The position numbers were made by a program, and so were the translations under genes. A DNA stretch of 63,821 nucleotides, counting the filler, from Octopus bimaculoides (Eukaryota), in assembly GCF_001194135.2 (NCBI RefSeq). It is 8 parts of 8 records of this genome, joined end to end, with 100 filler letters (N's around TTAATTAATTAA, not from the genome) between each part and the next. Parts side by side here need not be neighbours in the genome. Positions count along the whole stretch, not along the records: positions 1 to 7,267 come from NC_068984.1; positions 7,368 to 14,154 come from NC_068991.1; 6 more parts are not named here. One strand, 5' to 3'. The notes below the pieces were generated by a model. It was not told where the DNA came from and searched no databases. It was given only the letters and a program-made list of their open reading frames with translations. Positions 1 to 13,430 of this stretch are shown one piece after another (position 1 is the stretch's first letter; each line of letters opens with the position of its first letter).

Positions 1-49
<49 letters not shown>

Positions 50-1245
50 TGTATATATTATACGGTTTGTGGTGGGGGCTGATTGAAGGTTCGATCTCCG
101 TCATTCGATGATGAAGGTTCAGATGTTCGGTCAACTGAATCATTTATTCTTGAATTAAAGTGTAAGTGGCTGAGTATCCCATGCACGTGTACCCTTAACG
201 TAACTCTGAAACAGAATTCAATGTAACACAGTGCATGATACCGTATGAAGAAACAAAGTAGAGAAGCTTGAAATATTCCCCCCCCCCCACACACACACAC
301 ACANNNNNNNNNNNNNNNNNNNNNNNNNNNNNNNNNNNNNNNNNNNNNNNNNNNNNNNNNNNNNNNNNNNNNNNNNNNNNNNNNNNNNNNNNNNNNNNNN
401 NNNNNNNNNNNNNNNNNNNNNNNNNNNNNNNNNNNNNNNNNNNNNNNNNNNNNNNNNNNNNNNNNNNNNNNNNNNNNNNNNNNNNNNNNNNNNNNNNNNN
501 NNNNNNNNNNNNNNNNNNNNNNNNNNNNNNNNNNNNNNNNNNNNNNNNNNNNNNNNNNNNNNNNNNNNNNNNNNNNNNNNNNNNNNNNNNNNNNNNNNNN
601 NNNNNNNNNNNNNNNNNNNNNNNNNNNNNNNNNNNNNNNNNNNNNNNNNNNNNNNNNNNNNNNNNNNNNNNNNNNNNNNNNNNNNNNNNNNNNNNNNNNN
701 NNNNNNNNNNNNNNNNNNNNNNNNNNNNNNNNNNNNNNNNNNNNNNNNNNNNNNNNNNNNNNNNNNNNNNNNNNNNNNNNNNNNNNNNNNNNNNNNNNNN
801 NNNNNNNNNNNNNNNNNNNNNNNNNNNNNNNNNNNNNNNNNNNNNNNNNNNNNNNNNNNNNNNNNNNNNNNNNNNNNNNNNNNNNNNNNNNNNNNNNNNN
901 NNNNNNNNNNNNNNNNNNNNNNNNNNNNNNNNNNNNNNNNNNNNNNNNNNNNNNNNNNNNNNNNNNNNNNNNNNNNNNNNNNNNNNNNNNNNNNNNNNNN
1001 NNNNNNNNNNNNNNNNNNNNNNNNNNNNNNNNNNNNNNNNNNNNNNNNNNNNNNNNNNNNNNNNNNNNNNNNNNNNNNNNNNNNNNNNNNNNNNNNNNNN
1101 NNNNNNNNNNNNNNNNNNNNNNNNNNNNNNNNNNNNNNNNNNNNNNNNNNNNNNNNNNNNNNNNNNNNNNNNNNNNNNNNNNNNNNNNNNNNNNNNNNNN
1201 NNNNNNNNNNNNNNNNNNNNNNNNNNNNNNNNNNNNNNNNNNNNN

Positions 1246-1280
<35 letters not shown>

Positions 1281-2641
1281 TGTATCTGTCTGGCTACATT
1301 GAGCCTATGTTCAGACATGTATGTTTATTAAGAGTACATTCAGCCCTCTCTGTAGTTAGATCTTTGCTCCCTCAATAGGAATAACACGAACAGACACTAC
1401 CGGCAATCCGCTAGTAACCAATCAAAATTAGTTGAGCTCCTCTTAGAATCGTCCTGCAGAGAAGCCTGTGATTTGATCACGACGTGTATTGACATAACTA
1501 TACTGAATACTTGTTTATTAACTATAAATATATGGTGTTAGTCACAGTTTTTGCGTACACACGCGAACACATATACACACACATACATCATGTATTTGTA
1601 TATGAATATATTAATTATATATGTATATATATGTATATGTGTGTGTGCATGGTTATGTGTATACACGTGCACGTATGTATATGTATATATGTGTATATAT
1701 GTATACATATATATATGGATGTATATAACTGTATAGAGATGTATGTATACATATACTTATACACTTGTGTGTGTATGTGTGTGTATATGTTTCATATCGA
1801 GCGAATCTTCCGTGTATACATACATACATACATACATATAAGAATTATATATATAACAAGGGCACTATTGAAGCACAAGCTCTGCTAGAAATAGGAGTCA
1901 AAATACTCCGAAGCCACAAAAATTAACACAGACATGGTTGGAAAAGAACTAAGTGAATGAGGATTGTGTCTTACCTCTGCAAAATTGCAAGAAGGAATGC
2001 CAGTTAACCTGGTATCTTGATTTCGAATTTAGCGCCAAAAGACACTTGATTTTCTTCAGCCAAGTCTACTAGTAACAAACCCATATGCCAATGGCTGTGT
2101 TCGTTTCAATGCCCAAACCGCATTGAGAAAAACGAACTAAGTGAATAAAATTTCTTTAAAAATATATAAAGAACATTAANNNNNNNNNNNNNNNNNNNNN
2201 NNNNNNNNNNNNNNNNNNNNNNNNNNNNNNNNNNNNNNNNNNNNNNNNNNNNNNNNNNNNNNNNNNNNNNNNNNNNNNNNNNNNNNNNNNNNNNNNNNNN
2301 NNNNNNNNNNNNNNNNNNNNNNNNNNNNNNNNNNNNNNNNNNNNNNNNNNNNNNNNNNNNNNNNNNNNNNNNNNNNNNNNNNNNNNNNNNNNNNNNNNNN
2401 NNNNNNNNNNNNNNNNNNNNNNNNNNNNNNNNNNNNNNNNNNNNNNNNNNNNNNNNNNNNNNNNNNNNNNNNNNNNNNNNNNNNNNNNNNNNNNNNNNNN
2501 NNNNNNNNNNNNNNNNNNNNNNNNNNNNNNNNNNNNNNNNNNNNNNNNNNNNNNNNNNNNNNNNNNNNNNNNNNNNNNNNNNNNNNNNNNNNNNNNNNNN
2601 NNNNNNNNNNNNNNNNNNNNNNNNNNNNNNNNNNNNNNNNN

Positions 2642-2686
<45 letters not shown>

Positions 2687-2714
2687 TTAGAAGCGTGAAA
2701 CCGTTAATCCAGAC

Positions 2715-2880
2715 ACATTTTTTCCTCTCTCCGTTGTTTGTCCTCATTCCTTTCTGTCAAAGAACATAGGCGCGAAACATCGAAGACTTTATCATTTTGG
2801 GGATGTTGAACTCATACACTGCGTTTGTTGTTCCCTCACCTGTTTTTGTACATTTGAACCCGTCATATATATAAGTTGTG
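2715..2880 (+). mobile_element. Diverged solo 3'-terminal module of a Penelope-like element with degenerate hammerhead motif
   Basis: TTCCTTT-CTGTCAA-A-GAAC-ATAG-GCGC-GAAAC-AT-C-GAAGAC at 2747-2787 aligns with the modules at about 21543-21582 (-) and 39808-39848 (-); the latter lies in the 3' end of the PLE. Confidence 0.55.
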
Positions 2881-3449
2881 ATCCAGTATAGCCACAGCCT
2901 TTAGACTGAAACATATAAAGAAATATTTATATTTATATGTACACACACATACATATACTCGGATATAAGAGCACGTCCGTACTCTACGCACAATTCATTG
3001 CAATTTGTATTAGTAAAACACTTTTCTTAAAGAGTGTGAATTATTTGGGCTCTATGACACAAGTCTTCTGATAAGTAATAAGTGATTAGAGTTAAATCCT
3101 GGTACACAGTATCAAGAGAATGCATGGTCTTCTCTCACAGCAAGCCTACATCTAAACATCGATCAGTTTCGAGGACTGTGCATTTTATCAGGTGAAGTAA
3201 AATGACAGAATCCCTTTTTCACTAGTATTAACATGAGGTTGAGTAGACAACTTTTCGGAACGGACAACTGTACGGAAAACTAATACTCTTATATCCAGCC
3301 AGAGAAAACTGCCCCAAGACGGAAAACAAACTGAAAGATTAATGATTACAGTATATTATTCTTATAAATAATGAATTATTTTGAGGCTGAGACTATTAGA
3401 TTATGAGACTATAGAGGGGGAAAATACACTGAAAGAGTTAACTTCTCCA

Positions 3450-3750
3450 ACATTGGGAGGTTGTATGACGTTTGTATGTAAGTGTGATGTCCGCAAGGTA
3501 GTGAAATGCGAGCCTTTAATACGGCAGTGGTATTGCAATGGCTGCATATAAAGAAACGAGACGAGCATGGTCCACTAGATTATGAAAATTAGAGTCCATG
3601 GACAACAGGGCACAAATGAGATGAGAAAGAAGAGGGATATAAGGAGAATCACATGCTGCGTGCAAGAAAGAAAACTTCGTTGGTGTGGTCTTGTGGTACT
3701 TACGGAGGCTAGCAGTTGTTTAAAGAGGTGCCGAGTGCTTGAAATTGTTG
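3450..3750 (+). mobile_element. Old, decayed RTE LINE C-terminal fragment
   Basis: GRLYDVC...GSE and IRRITCCVQERKLRWCGLVVLTEASSCLKRCRVLEIVGT resemble GRLYDACVRTAMLHGSE (about 27130-27190) and VVRMDEDSCVKKCHTLAVEGT (22740-22800) of the RTE copies in this window. Confidence 0.6.
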
Positions 3751-4482
3751 GAACTTGGTGGTAATGGTAGTGATAGTAGTCGTTTTTGGTGGTNNNNNNN
3801 NNNNNNNNNNNNNNNNNNNNNNNNNNNNNNNNNNNNNNNNNNNNNNNNNNNNNNNNNNNNNNNNNNNNNNNNNNNNNNNNNNNNNNNNNNNNNNNNNNNN
3901 NNNNNNNNNNNNNNNNNNNNNNNNNNNNNNNNNNNNNNNNNNNNNNNNNNNNNNNNNNNNNNNNNNNNNNNNNNNNNNNNNNNNNNNNNNNNNNNNNNNN
4001 NNNNNNNNNNNNNNNNNNNNNNNNNNNNNNNNNNNNNNNNGGTGGTGGTGGGTGGTAGTGGTGGGTGGTATTGGCGGCGTTTAATCTGTTTACATACAGT
4101 CCTCACCACCAACACACATTATTAATATTCCTCTCTTCTGTCATCATCCCTTTATCATTCTACCGTTCTTTCCTCACGGTACTCATGTAACAAGGGTTAA
4201 TATCGGATATATCCACATTCAGCAATCCCTGCTGTCACCCTTCTCTGCCAGCTGTCATGCAACGTTTTATTGACCTCTGCTGTTCTTACTTACCACAGAT
4301 TATTTCTATTTCCATCCCTCACTCACCCTGTTACTACAATCCGTCCCTACTGCTATACATTTATGCAGACCATACTATTTTCTATTCAATCTCTTTACCA
4401 ACAACCGTCATGTATCTGCCACATTGTCTCTTCTCCTTCCCCTAACATACAGTCATATTGCACTTACTCCTCCTCTCATCCC

Positions 4483-4556
<74 letters not shown>

Positions 4557-6525
4557 CACTTTCTTGATCGTCATTCTCTCCTATTCACACTCTAGACCAC
4601 GCTTGCTTCGAAAGATTGGAAACAACGCAGTGAGGTCTGTTTAGTTTTGAAGGGGGTGCTACGTTATAACAACACACACAAAGTACCCTCTGTAGAATGG
4701 TTGGCGAATACACGGTGACAACATTAAGTAGAGAGGGCTGTTAAGAAACTGCCAATGTCTCTTATATTAGTACCATGTTAAAATGCACCCAGTGCACACT
4801 GTAACGTTGCTATAGCATTAAAAATGGGATCCATTTGCAGAAACTATTCCAAAACTGGAACACACAAGATACATGTCCTCCGACCCATCCAGGTGTGTAG
4901 TAACTAAATAGGAACTGACTAAACACGTGACAACTCGTCCAAACCTTGCCAACATGGAAAGCGGATGATGGTGGTGGTGGTGCTGCTGCTGCTGCTGATG
5001 ATGATGATGATGATAGTGTTGACGTATATTTATGTGTGTGTGCGTAAGACGGTATGTGTGAGCGTGGGTTTCTTTGATGATCATTGTGATGCTTTAGAAC
5101 GTGGCTGCAATAAACAACATGCACATACACAAGGACATACACTGACACACACAGACACAGGCAGTGACATACAGATACACAGGTACACACGCACACACAT
5201 ACTCAGACACGCGCGCACACACACAAAATACACACAAAACATACAACATATATATAGACTTTAAGACGATGTGTGTATGTAGTTTACGCTGATGTAATCT
5301 TCATTAATACATCTTCAATAAATAAACACAATACACACACGTACATAAATATTTGAACATATGTGTCTCTATTTATACATACATGCATATATATATGTAT
5401 ATGTATGCATGACTTTCTTTTGAGTTTTATTTTAAATTCTTCTTATGAAAGTTCAAGCTGATCACTAACAAAGCGATAAAACTTTTTGAGTTAAGAGAGT
5501 TCCCAAGGTTTGTAAATATATAGTCGAGCTTCAGTGTTGACTGAGTTGTTGATGCGTATAGCCAAGTGTGTGCATCTATTCACATAATCTCAGATGGATA
5601 ATTTTTGGAATGTTTTGCAAATCTTCATGTATGTATACACGTATGTATGTATATGTATATATGCAAGCATATGAATATGTATATATGTATAAATTTATCT
5701 ATCTATCTATCTATCTATCTATCAATATATATATATATATANNNNNNNNNNNNNNNNNNNNNNNNNNNNNNNNNNNNNNNNNNNNNNNNNNNNNNNNNNN
5801 NNNNNNNNNNNNNNNNNNNNNNNNNNNNNNNNNNNNNNNNNNNNNNNNNNNNNNNNNNNNNNNNNNNNNNNNNNNNNNNNNNNNNNNNNNNNNNNNNNNN
5901 NNNNNNNNNNNNNNNNNNNNNNNNNNNNNNNNNNNNNNNNNNNNNNNNNNNNNNNNNNNNNNNNNNNNNNNNNNNNNNNNNNNNNNNNNNNNNNNNNNNN
6001 NNNNNNNNNNNNNNNNNNNNNNNNNNNNNNNNNNNNNNNNNNNNNNNNNNNNNNNNNNNNNNNNNNNNNNNNNNNNNNNNNNNNNNNNNNNNNNNNNNNN
6101 NNNNNNNNNNNNNNNNNNNNNNNNNNNNNNNNNNNNNNNNNNNNNNNNNNNNNNNNNNNNNNNNNNNNNNNNNNNNNNNNNNNNNNNNNNNNNNNNNNNN
6201 NNNNNNNNNNNNNNNNNNNNNNNNNNNNNNNNNNNNNNNNNNNNNNNNNNNNNNNNNNNNNNNNNNNNNNNNNNNNNNNNNNNNNNNNNNNNNNNNNNNN
6301 NNNNNNNNNNNNNNNNNNNNNNNNNNNNNNNNNNNNNNNNNNNNNNNNNNNNNNNNNNNNNNNNNNNNNNNNNNNNNNNNNNNNNNNNNNNNNNNNNNNN
6401 NNNNNNNNNNNNNNNNNNNNNNNNNNNNNNNNNNNNNNNNNNNNNNNNNNNNNNNGTAGCAAGTGGGGGAGAACATGAGTGTGTGTCTATTCGTGTGTGT
6501 GTGTGTGTGTGTATGTAAGTGTGTA

Positions 6526-6564
<39 letters not shown>

Positions 6565-6988
6565 GCTAAGGGTTGTAAAATCAGAATTGTAAATGCGTTG
6601 CAGCAAAACACGCACAGCGTTCATAAAAGCACGTATGCACACTTGCACACTATCACGCACACACGAATACACGCATATACACATGTACATATAAGCACAT
6701 ATTACATGAATGTGTATGTGTGTGTATGTGTATGTGTGTGTGAGTATGCGTATGCATGAGCGTACGCACGCGCTTGTGGAACGTTTTTTATGTTTTCATC
6801 GTTTGATATGCATATATGTAGGTATGTGTATGTGTGTATATATGTGTGTGTATGTGTGCGCCTGTGTGTGTAAGTGTAGGTATATACAATACATACATAT
6901 ACACCTACCATACGCACACATAGACTAACACAAACACACGCATATACATACATACACACATACATACACACACACACATATACACAAA

Positions 6989-7201
6989 GGCGGTGAGCTG
7001 GCAGAAACGTTAGCACGCTGGGCGAAATGCTTAGCGGTATTTCGTCTGCCGCTACGTTCTGAGTTCAAATTCCGCCGAGGTCGACTTTGCCTTTCATCCT
7101 TTCGGGGTCGATTAAATAAGTACCAGTCACGCACTTAATCCGTTTGTCTGTTCTTGTTTGTCCACTCTGTATGTAGCCCCTTGTGGGTAGTAAAGAAATA
7201 A
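6989..7201 (+). mobile_element. tRNA-derived SINE, family A (octopus OR-like)
   Basis: A-box-like GGTGAGCTGGCAGAA, B-box GAGTTCAAATTCC, then GTCGACTTTGCCTTTCATCCTTTCGGGGTCGA...AAGTACCAG. Related copies at 17597 and 28231. Confidence 0.85.
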
Positions 7202-7233
7202 CACATATACACAAACATATATGTGATAAATAG

Positions 7234-7267
<34 letters not shown>

Positions 7268-7367
7268 NNNNNNNNNNNNNNNNNNNNNNNNNNNNNNNNN
7301 NNNNNNNNNNNTTAATTAATTAANNNNNNNNNNNNNNNNNNNNNNNNNNNNNNNNNNNNNNNNNNNN

Positions 7368-7414
<47 letters not shown>

Positions 7415-7442
7415 GTATTTTCCTAACTGCATTGATGTTCAG

Positions 7443-7520
7443 AGGACAATTGATTTCTGTCTACAACGGAGCAATTCTTTACATGGTCATCCTGCACAAC
7501 AATATCTGGCTGCTTGTACT
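7443..7520 (+). CDS. Candidate internal exon of an unidentified gene (RTIDFCLQRSNSLHGHPAQQYLAACT); may extend to 7748
   Basis: (CT)n tract, CTAAC branch-point-like motif and TTCAG acceptor (7441-7442); GTAAGT donor at 7521 gives 78 nt. The frame stays open through a hydrophobic stretch to a second donor AAG|GTACTT at 7749 (306 nt). No family recognised. Confidence 0.35.
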
Positions 7521-8915
7521 GTAAGTTGGCGTTTGTTCGTATTTTTAAATGGACTACCAGTATTCTGGCTTTTTTTTGGCTTGGTCATGGCTGGAATGCA
7601 TCTGGTCATAGGTTTATTCCAACAAAACAATAGCAACCTACCACCAACTGCGGCATCGTCGTCATCATTACCATCATCATCATCATCATCACCGATGTCA
7701 CCAGTGCTATCACCTGAACTATCAACAAAGCTCTTGTCCAATGACAAGGTACTTGGACTTTACTGCCACCACCACCACCACCACCACCTCCACCTGCACC
7801 ATCATAAACATCACAATCATGAGCCTCATCATTATGATCATCAACAACAATAGCAACAATAACAACAACGGTATCACTCCCTTGCCACCACCATAATATA
7901 TAATACCACCGCCGCCGCCGCACCCACCGCCAACACTAATACCATCGTTGCGTGGTAATGCTGTCTCATCCTTCTATCTTTGCCATTCTTCAACAATTGT
8001 TTTGGAAGGTTTTGTAGATATCCAAAGGACGAGTAGCGGGAGGAGGGAGGAAAAGGAGAGAGGAGGGGGAGAAGGAGGCAAAAATAACATGAAAGGAAGT
8101 GGGATCACAGTGAAAAGGGGAAAGCAGGGGTGCCGCTGAGATGCTTGTGTACTTATATTAACTCCCTACTCACCTACCTACCCCCACCTCCCACCTCCCG
8201 GTACCAACGATATTGTTTCATTATTCTCGTTGCAATTGTTGACGTTGTTTCATATTGTCAAATCTAGTTGTTGTTGTTGTTGTTGTCACTATTGTTATTC
8301 TTACTGTCGTCGTTGTTGTTGTTGATGCTTGTATTGTTCTTTTTTTTTCATCTTTTTCTTTGTGTTTTACGACCTTGAAACCATTCAACCGTCTATTGCT
8401 ATCGTTGACTCACTGCTTGATCCGGTGGTGTTGATGGAAATGGTGGTGGAGGTGGTGGTGGTGGTGGTGGTGGTGGGGTCATAGTGATGGTAGTGGTGGT
8501 GGTGGTAGTGGTGGTGGTGGTTTTAGTAGTGGTGGTGGTAGTGGTGGTGGTAGTGGTGGTGGTGGTGTTTGCAGAGGTGTAGTGGCAATGACAATTATAG
8601 TGAAGTTCGGTGTTTGTGTGTGGCAGTAGTAGCAGTAATAGTAACATGACAGTGGTGATAGTGGTGCTAATGATAGTGTTAGTGACAATAGTAGTTGTGA
8701 TGGATGTGATGGTTGCAGTGGTATTGGTGGTAGCAGTAGTAATGATAGTAGCGGTGATAATGATTGTGGCGTTGATAGTGGACACTGCTAATGATGGTTG
8801 TAGTAGTGGTGGTAGTGATGTGGTGGTGTGGTGGTGGTGACGGCAGTAGTGGTAGGGGTGTTGATGATGGGGATGTTGGTGGTGGTGGTATTGGTTGTAG
8901 TGGTGGTGTTTATGG

Positions 8916-10432
8916 GGATCTAGTTGATTTGGCTACCAGAATTTCAAAAATTAAAGTTTATCGAAAATTTTAAAATTTAGTATAACAATATACTTTTCCA
9001 AGCTGAATTGCTGGAGTTATTTCACTTTTTCTAGAAAAATGTTTTTAAAAGGTTATATAGGTTTAAAGTTTGATCATTTTCACCCAATCAGGAAACAGGA
9101 TTTGGAAGCTGCCATTTTGTGCGTGACTGCACTTTTTTTGTCGTCAATATCTTGAAAATAGCAAGTGTTGTCAATATTTGTAAACAACACGTGTTTTGTA
9201 GTTTGAAGCATTCTACATGCATTTAATACGATAGCACGAACTTAAAAGATTTATCCTAAAAATATTATTTAACTGTTATTTTTAGCATACCTTACAACCA
9301 CCTCAATGACAAAATGAAACGAGTAAACAAGTAGTTTTAAGCATTCAATTTGCATTTAATACAAATGCGATGAACAACACGTTACATGCTATAAACACAT
9401 TACAATTTTTCCCCACAAATGATTTCAATGCAGTTTTAACAGAAAGATTTGGAAGAATTAAATAAAATCTCTCCGATAATTTCCTTTCACGTAAATAAAT
9501 ATTTATATTAATTTCAAAATCTACCAGCAAAATCTTATAAAATGTCAATGTTCTGAAAGATGTACATATTTATATATTATATATGAAAATAAAAGAGTAA
9601 ACGAAATATGCTTAAAATACAAACATTTAAGCATGCAATAAGCAGCACATTAAAAATATTTTTAAAATTAAAAACGAAAGAAATACATTCAATTAATTTC
9701 TCAAACAAATCACAATTTTCGTCTCTCGTGCGTCACATAAATTCAGAGATATGAATCTTCAATAGAACGGTGAGTGCCACAGCGTCGTTTATTATCTCGC
9801 TTCACAGAGGCCCACGTACTCTCCACTTGTTGAGTGTGGGTACCATCTTTCGGATTAGAAAAAAAAAAAAGAAATCAAAAAGAAAGAGTAAACAAAACAG
9901 CTTTTGTAGTTTTAAGCATCCAATATGCATTTAATGCGATGGCACGAACTTTAAAAAAATTACCTAATAACAAAATAGCACATTACAAAATAACACATTA
10001 AATATTAAAAAGAAACAAAAAACATTTTATTGACCAGTTTATTGAAAACGAAATTTTCAAGTGTAGTCGATCAATTTCTCACACAAATCACTATTTTCAT
10101 ATCTCCTGGGCTACATAAATTCACATGCTCAGTTGTCAACTGATAGGTAAAATAAGTGGTTTCAATATATTTGTCAACACGTGCTTTCTCGCAGACAAAA
10201 GGCTTCTCGTGTTCTGCTTGTTACTGTGGAAACAGGCATGAATGTGTCTGTGGCTTACGATTGGCTAGAATTACCAAAATTTTCAAACTTTAATTGCTAA
10301 AAACTCTTTATTTATTGATTTATAGCAAAATTGATTTTTAAGTCATTTATTAGCCAATAAAAGTGTATCATTACACAGAATATGAAATCAATTCGAACAG
10401 AATTGATGCTGGCAGCCAAACCGACTAGATCC
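8916..10432. mobile_element. Non-autonomous DNA transposon, about 1.5 kb, 24-bp TIRs, probable 8-bp TSD
   Basis: Left GGATCTAGTTGATTTGGCTACCAG (8916-8939) vs right CTGGCAGCCAAACCGACTAGATCC (10409-10432), 21/24 complementary. Flanks GTTTATGG (8908-8915) and GTTGATGG (10433-10440). AT-rich non-coding interior with internal duplications. Confidence 0.75.
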
Positions 10433-10472
10433 GTTGATGGTTGTAGTGGTGGGGGATGGCATTGGCATAAAT

Positions 10473-10679
10473 CACTGTTTCTCAACCATTATTTTTTTTT
10501 ACCTATTTTTTTTTTACCCATTATATTTTTATAATTAAATATTATTAGGAATTGAATAAAAATAATAAAAATATTTTGTATAATGTAAAAGCATAACAAA
10601 TTCATTGCAGATAAATTTAATAAGAAAATGTTATAGGGGACCCTCAAGGGCCATATGGACCCCGGTTAAAAACTACTAG
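10473..10679. mobile_element. Decayed hAT/Charlie-like MITE
   Basis: Left CACTGTTTCTCAACC, right GGACCCCGGTTAAAAACTACTAG, resembling the CAGTGKTTCTCAAC...GACCCC.GTTGAGAAMCACTG ends typical of hAT MITEs. Confidence 0.45.
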
Positions 10680-10863
10680 TGTAGGTGAAGGTCCTCCTAT
10701 CTATCTCTGTCTCCCTCTATTTTTATTACTACTTTGTCTTCAGTTTTATTGTCTTCAGTTTTAATCTGCTGCTATGTGCCTTGGCTGGGCTCTAATTCAT
10801 ACCCCTTTTCTTCATTTATAGCCAGCTCAAATATTTTCGTGTCTCTCTCCACCTCTCACCCTT

Positions 10864-10898
<35 letters not shown>

Positions 10899-10919
10899 AT
10901 CTATCTATCTCTCTCTCTC

Positions 10920-10951
<32 letters not shown>

Positions 10952-11320
10952 GTTACATTTCTCTTCTCGTTCAAGGACTAAATTCTAACAATCTTTTATA
11001 TATTCCTTCGGCATTACTTATATACACCAACAGCATCTTTTTAACTTTCTCACTTTAGACGATACACCGTTTACTATTCTTTGTCATTTCGTCCCGTACT
11101 ATATTTGTTTTAGCAGTAAGAACTAATTATGTTGGTCCTGTCAAATTGCTGGATGATGGTAAGAGTTTGTTCTCCTGCTTGCAATCAATATATATCGGGT
11201 GCAGTTTACATCGATAACCTGCTGGAGGAGGCATCTTCTTAGGGTTAAAAATGGTTGTAACAGCCATATTTAAGTGGCGATAAACATTACTTCTCAGTAT
11301 AGTTACTGCTTTGTGTATAT

Positions 11321-11472
11321 ATACGACGGGCTTCTTTCATTTTCCGCCTGCCAAATCCACTCACAAGGCTTTGGTCAGCCCGAGTAAAAGACACTTGCCC
11401 AAGGTGCCACGCAGTGGAACAGAACCCAGCACCATGTGGTTGGTAGGCAAGCTATTTACCGCACAGCCACTA
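11321..11472 (-). mobile_element. tRNA-derived SINE, family B, 5' part
   Basis: Reverse complement reads GTGGCTGTGCGGTAA (A-box)...GGGTTCTGTTCC (B-box-like)...CACCTTGGGCAAGTGTC...GTGAGTGGATTTGG...GAAAGAAGCCCGTCGTATA; homologous to 57199-57360. Confidence 0.85.
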
Positions 11473-11491
11473 CACACCCACACACACACCC

Positions 11492-11550
<59 letters not shown>

Positions 11551-13430
11551 TAATGTAAAATCAAAACATTTAAAAGCGATGACCAACACTGGAAGAAATA
11601 AGTATGATGAACTCAGTATTAGTTTAATGCCTGGATTGGGTACTTGAATTGAGTAAGGAATGTTTTGACATCTCAGATGTTAGTCTTTCTTAAGAAAAAA
11701 TAGGAGATAAAGAGGAAATAGAAAAAGAGAGCGTGGGGGCGAAAAAAAATAACTAGTGTGCGAACAAAATTTTAAAAAGATAAACATTAAGAAATTTTAT
11801 TAGTAGAAGGACGCAAGGGAATGCTGTTTTGTGAGGAGGAGTTAAAAAGTAGGTGGGGTGAATTCGTTGTCTCTCCCTTGTGCCAGAGTGCGCATGCACT
11901 GGGAGATACTTGCGCGTGTTTGATGGATTGTATGTATTATGTATGTAGGCGTGTGTAAGTCTGTAAATTTGATGGCGTTGCTTAGTGTAAGTATGGACGC
12001 GATGCTGTGTATATAACTATTGTACTCTTTAACTGTTGTTGCGTGTAGCTCTTGCAGGTGAATAGAATGAAGCCGTGTGTGATGCGTGTACGTATGGGTA
12101 TGACGCTGAAGGAGGAGAGGTAGTAGTGTGGGGTGACGCGAAAAGGCTGAATGCTGGCGCAGCATAAACGGCATCATTTATGCGTTGGTGTGTAAGAAAT
12201 TCAAAGGCACATCTTGGTGGGCGTGCAACAGTAAAACAAAGAGCACGGAGGAAAATTAAGTCAGAGAACCAGAAGCTAAAGCGTAGGAAAATAGACCACA
12301 TGTAATAAATGAGGCGATGAAAAGTGGTCGATGGAAGAAGGAATAAAAAATAAAGTTGTTTTGTTTTCGTTTTGTTTTTTTGAGAGGAAAGCAAAAGTAA
12401 AAGCTTCCTAATATCGAAGGAAACGTAAAAATAAGAGAGCAGAAGTAGTCCAATGCAGTTTTTGTCATTCGTGTATTTGAGTATTGTAACCAATATTTTT
12501 CCACCTTTCTATATCAGAAAGTGGGAAGATTTGTTGTATGCTTCGGTTAAAATTGTATTCATTGATAGATTTTAAAACCCCTTAAGTTTATAAACCGCTA
12601 AAAGAGGACTTTACACTCTTTCAAACAAAATCTTTCATCAGGAAGTATAGGTTTTCTCTGTTTTTAATCCATGTGAGCTTGGACACAGTGATGAATGGCA
12701 GGAAGCGGTGCAAAGTTAATAGATTAAAGAAAGTGTTCGGAAAGACAAAAGTGTGGATGATAATCCAGGAAAGGTGAGGTTGAAGGAAAAGAATAGCCAT
12801 AAACTGTGAGGTGAGATAAATGCTAGAAATGGCCAGTTTAAGGCAATGATTGACGTACTGTTTCCAACGTCAATTCGCTGCTTATTTAATCAAGTGTACT
12901 GCCATCTTCAGAGCCCTGGCTTTCAATCGTACCACCAATCTCCTATCATTTGCATACACACATCTAAAATCACGATCTCACACTTTCTTACCTTCTAACC
13001 AACCACCCTTATTAACGTTTTACTTACGTAACAACATCCGTGATCTTATCCGCATAGACGTTCTAGAAGCAATATAATTTGCAGAACTATACACGAATTG
13101 TTTTCATGAAATAAGACTTGCATACAGTTCAACCGATTACATTGGGGCTATTTTTCAAAATGCCTAGCTCCGCCGCGCAAAATTCCAGAAACAATTCTGC
13201 AGAGAATAATTCACTGCAGTATATGTTGCCGGCTGGAGAACATAACTATTTAAATTATTATTTATATAGATAGGGTGATAAATTGAATATTAATTCAATT
13301 TAAAACCAAGTGGCCTAGCATATAAAAAATCTGAAAATTCAGAAAAAAANNNNNNNNNNTAAATTGAATATTAATTCAATTTAAAACCAAGTGGCCTAGC
13401 ATATAAAAAATCTGAAAATTCAGAAAAAAA

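Noticed and set aside
7312-7323. TTAATTAATTAA islands centred in N-runs (also 14199, 21379, 27333, 45229, 60570, 62598)
   Set aside because: Each sits between two 44-N runs (100 bp total) and gives stop codons in all six frames. This is an assembler gap spacer, not biology.
7767-8472. 28-nt exact inverted match between (CAC)n-CTC and GAG-(GTG)n blocks
   Set aside because: Low-complexity trinucleotide repeats match each other by chance in this genome.
11842-12493. His/Thr-rich minus-strand ORFs, possibly the N-terminal region of another PLE
   Set aside because: Composition resembles the PLE 5' region, but no diagnostic motif could be aligned.
12610-12670. Minus-strand CTGATGA...GAAAG
   Set aside because: No convincing stem II, stem III or NUH.
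13279-13430. About 70-bp direct repeat on both sides of a 10-N gap
   Set aside because: Identical sequence flanking a minimal gap is an unmerged contig overlap.
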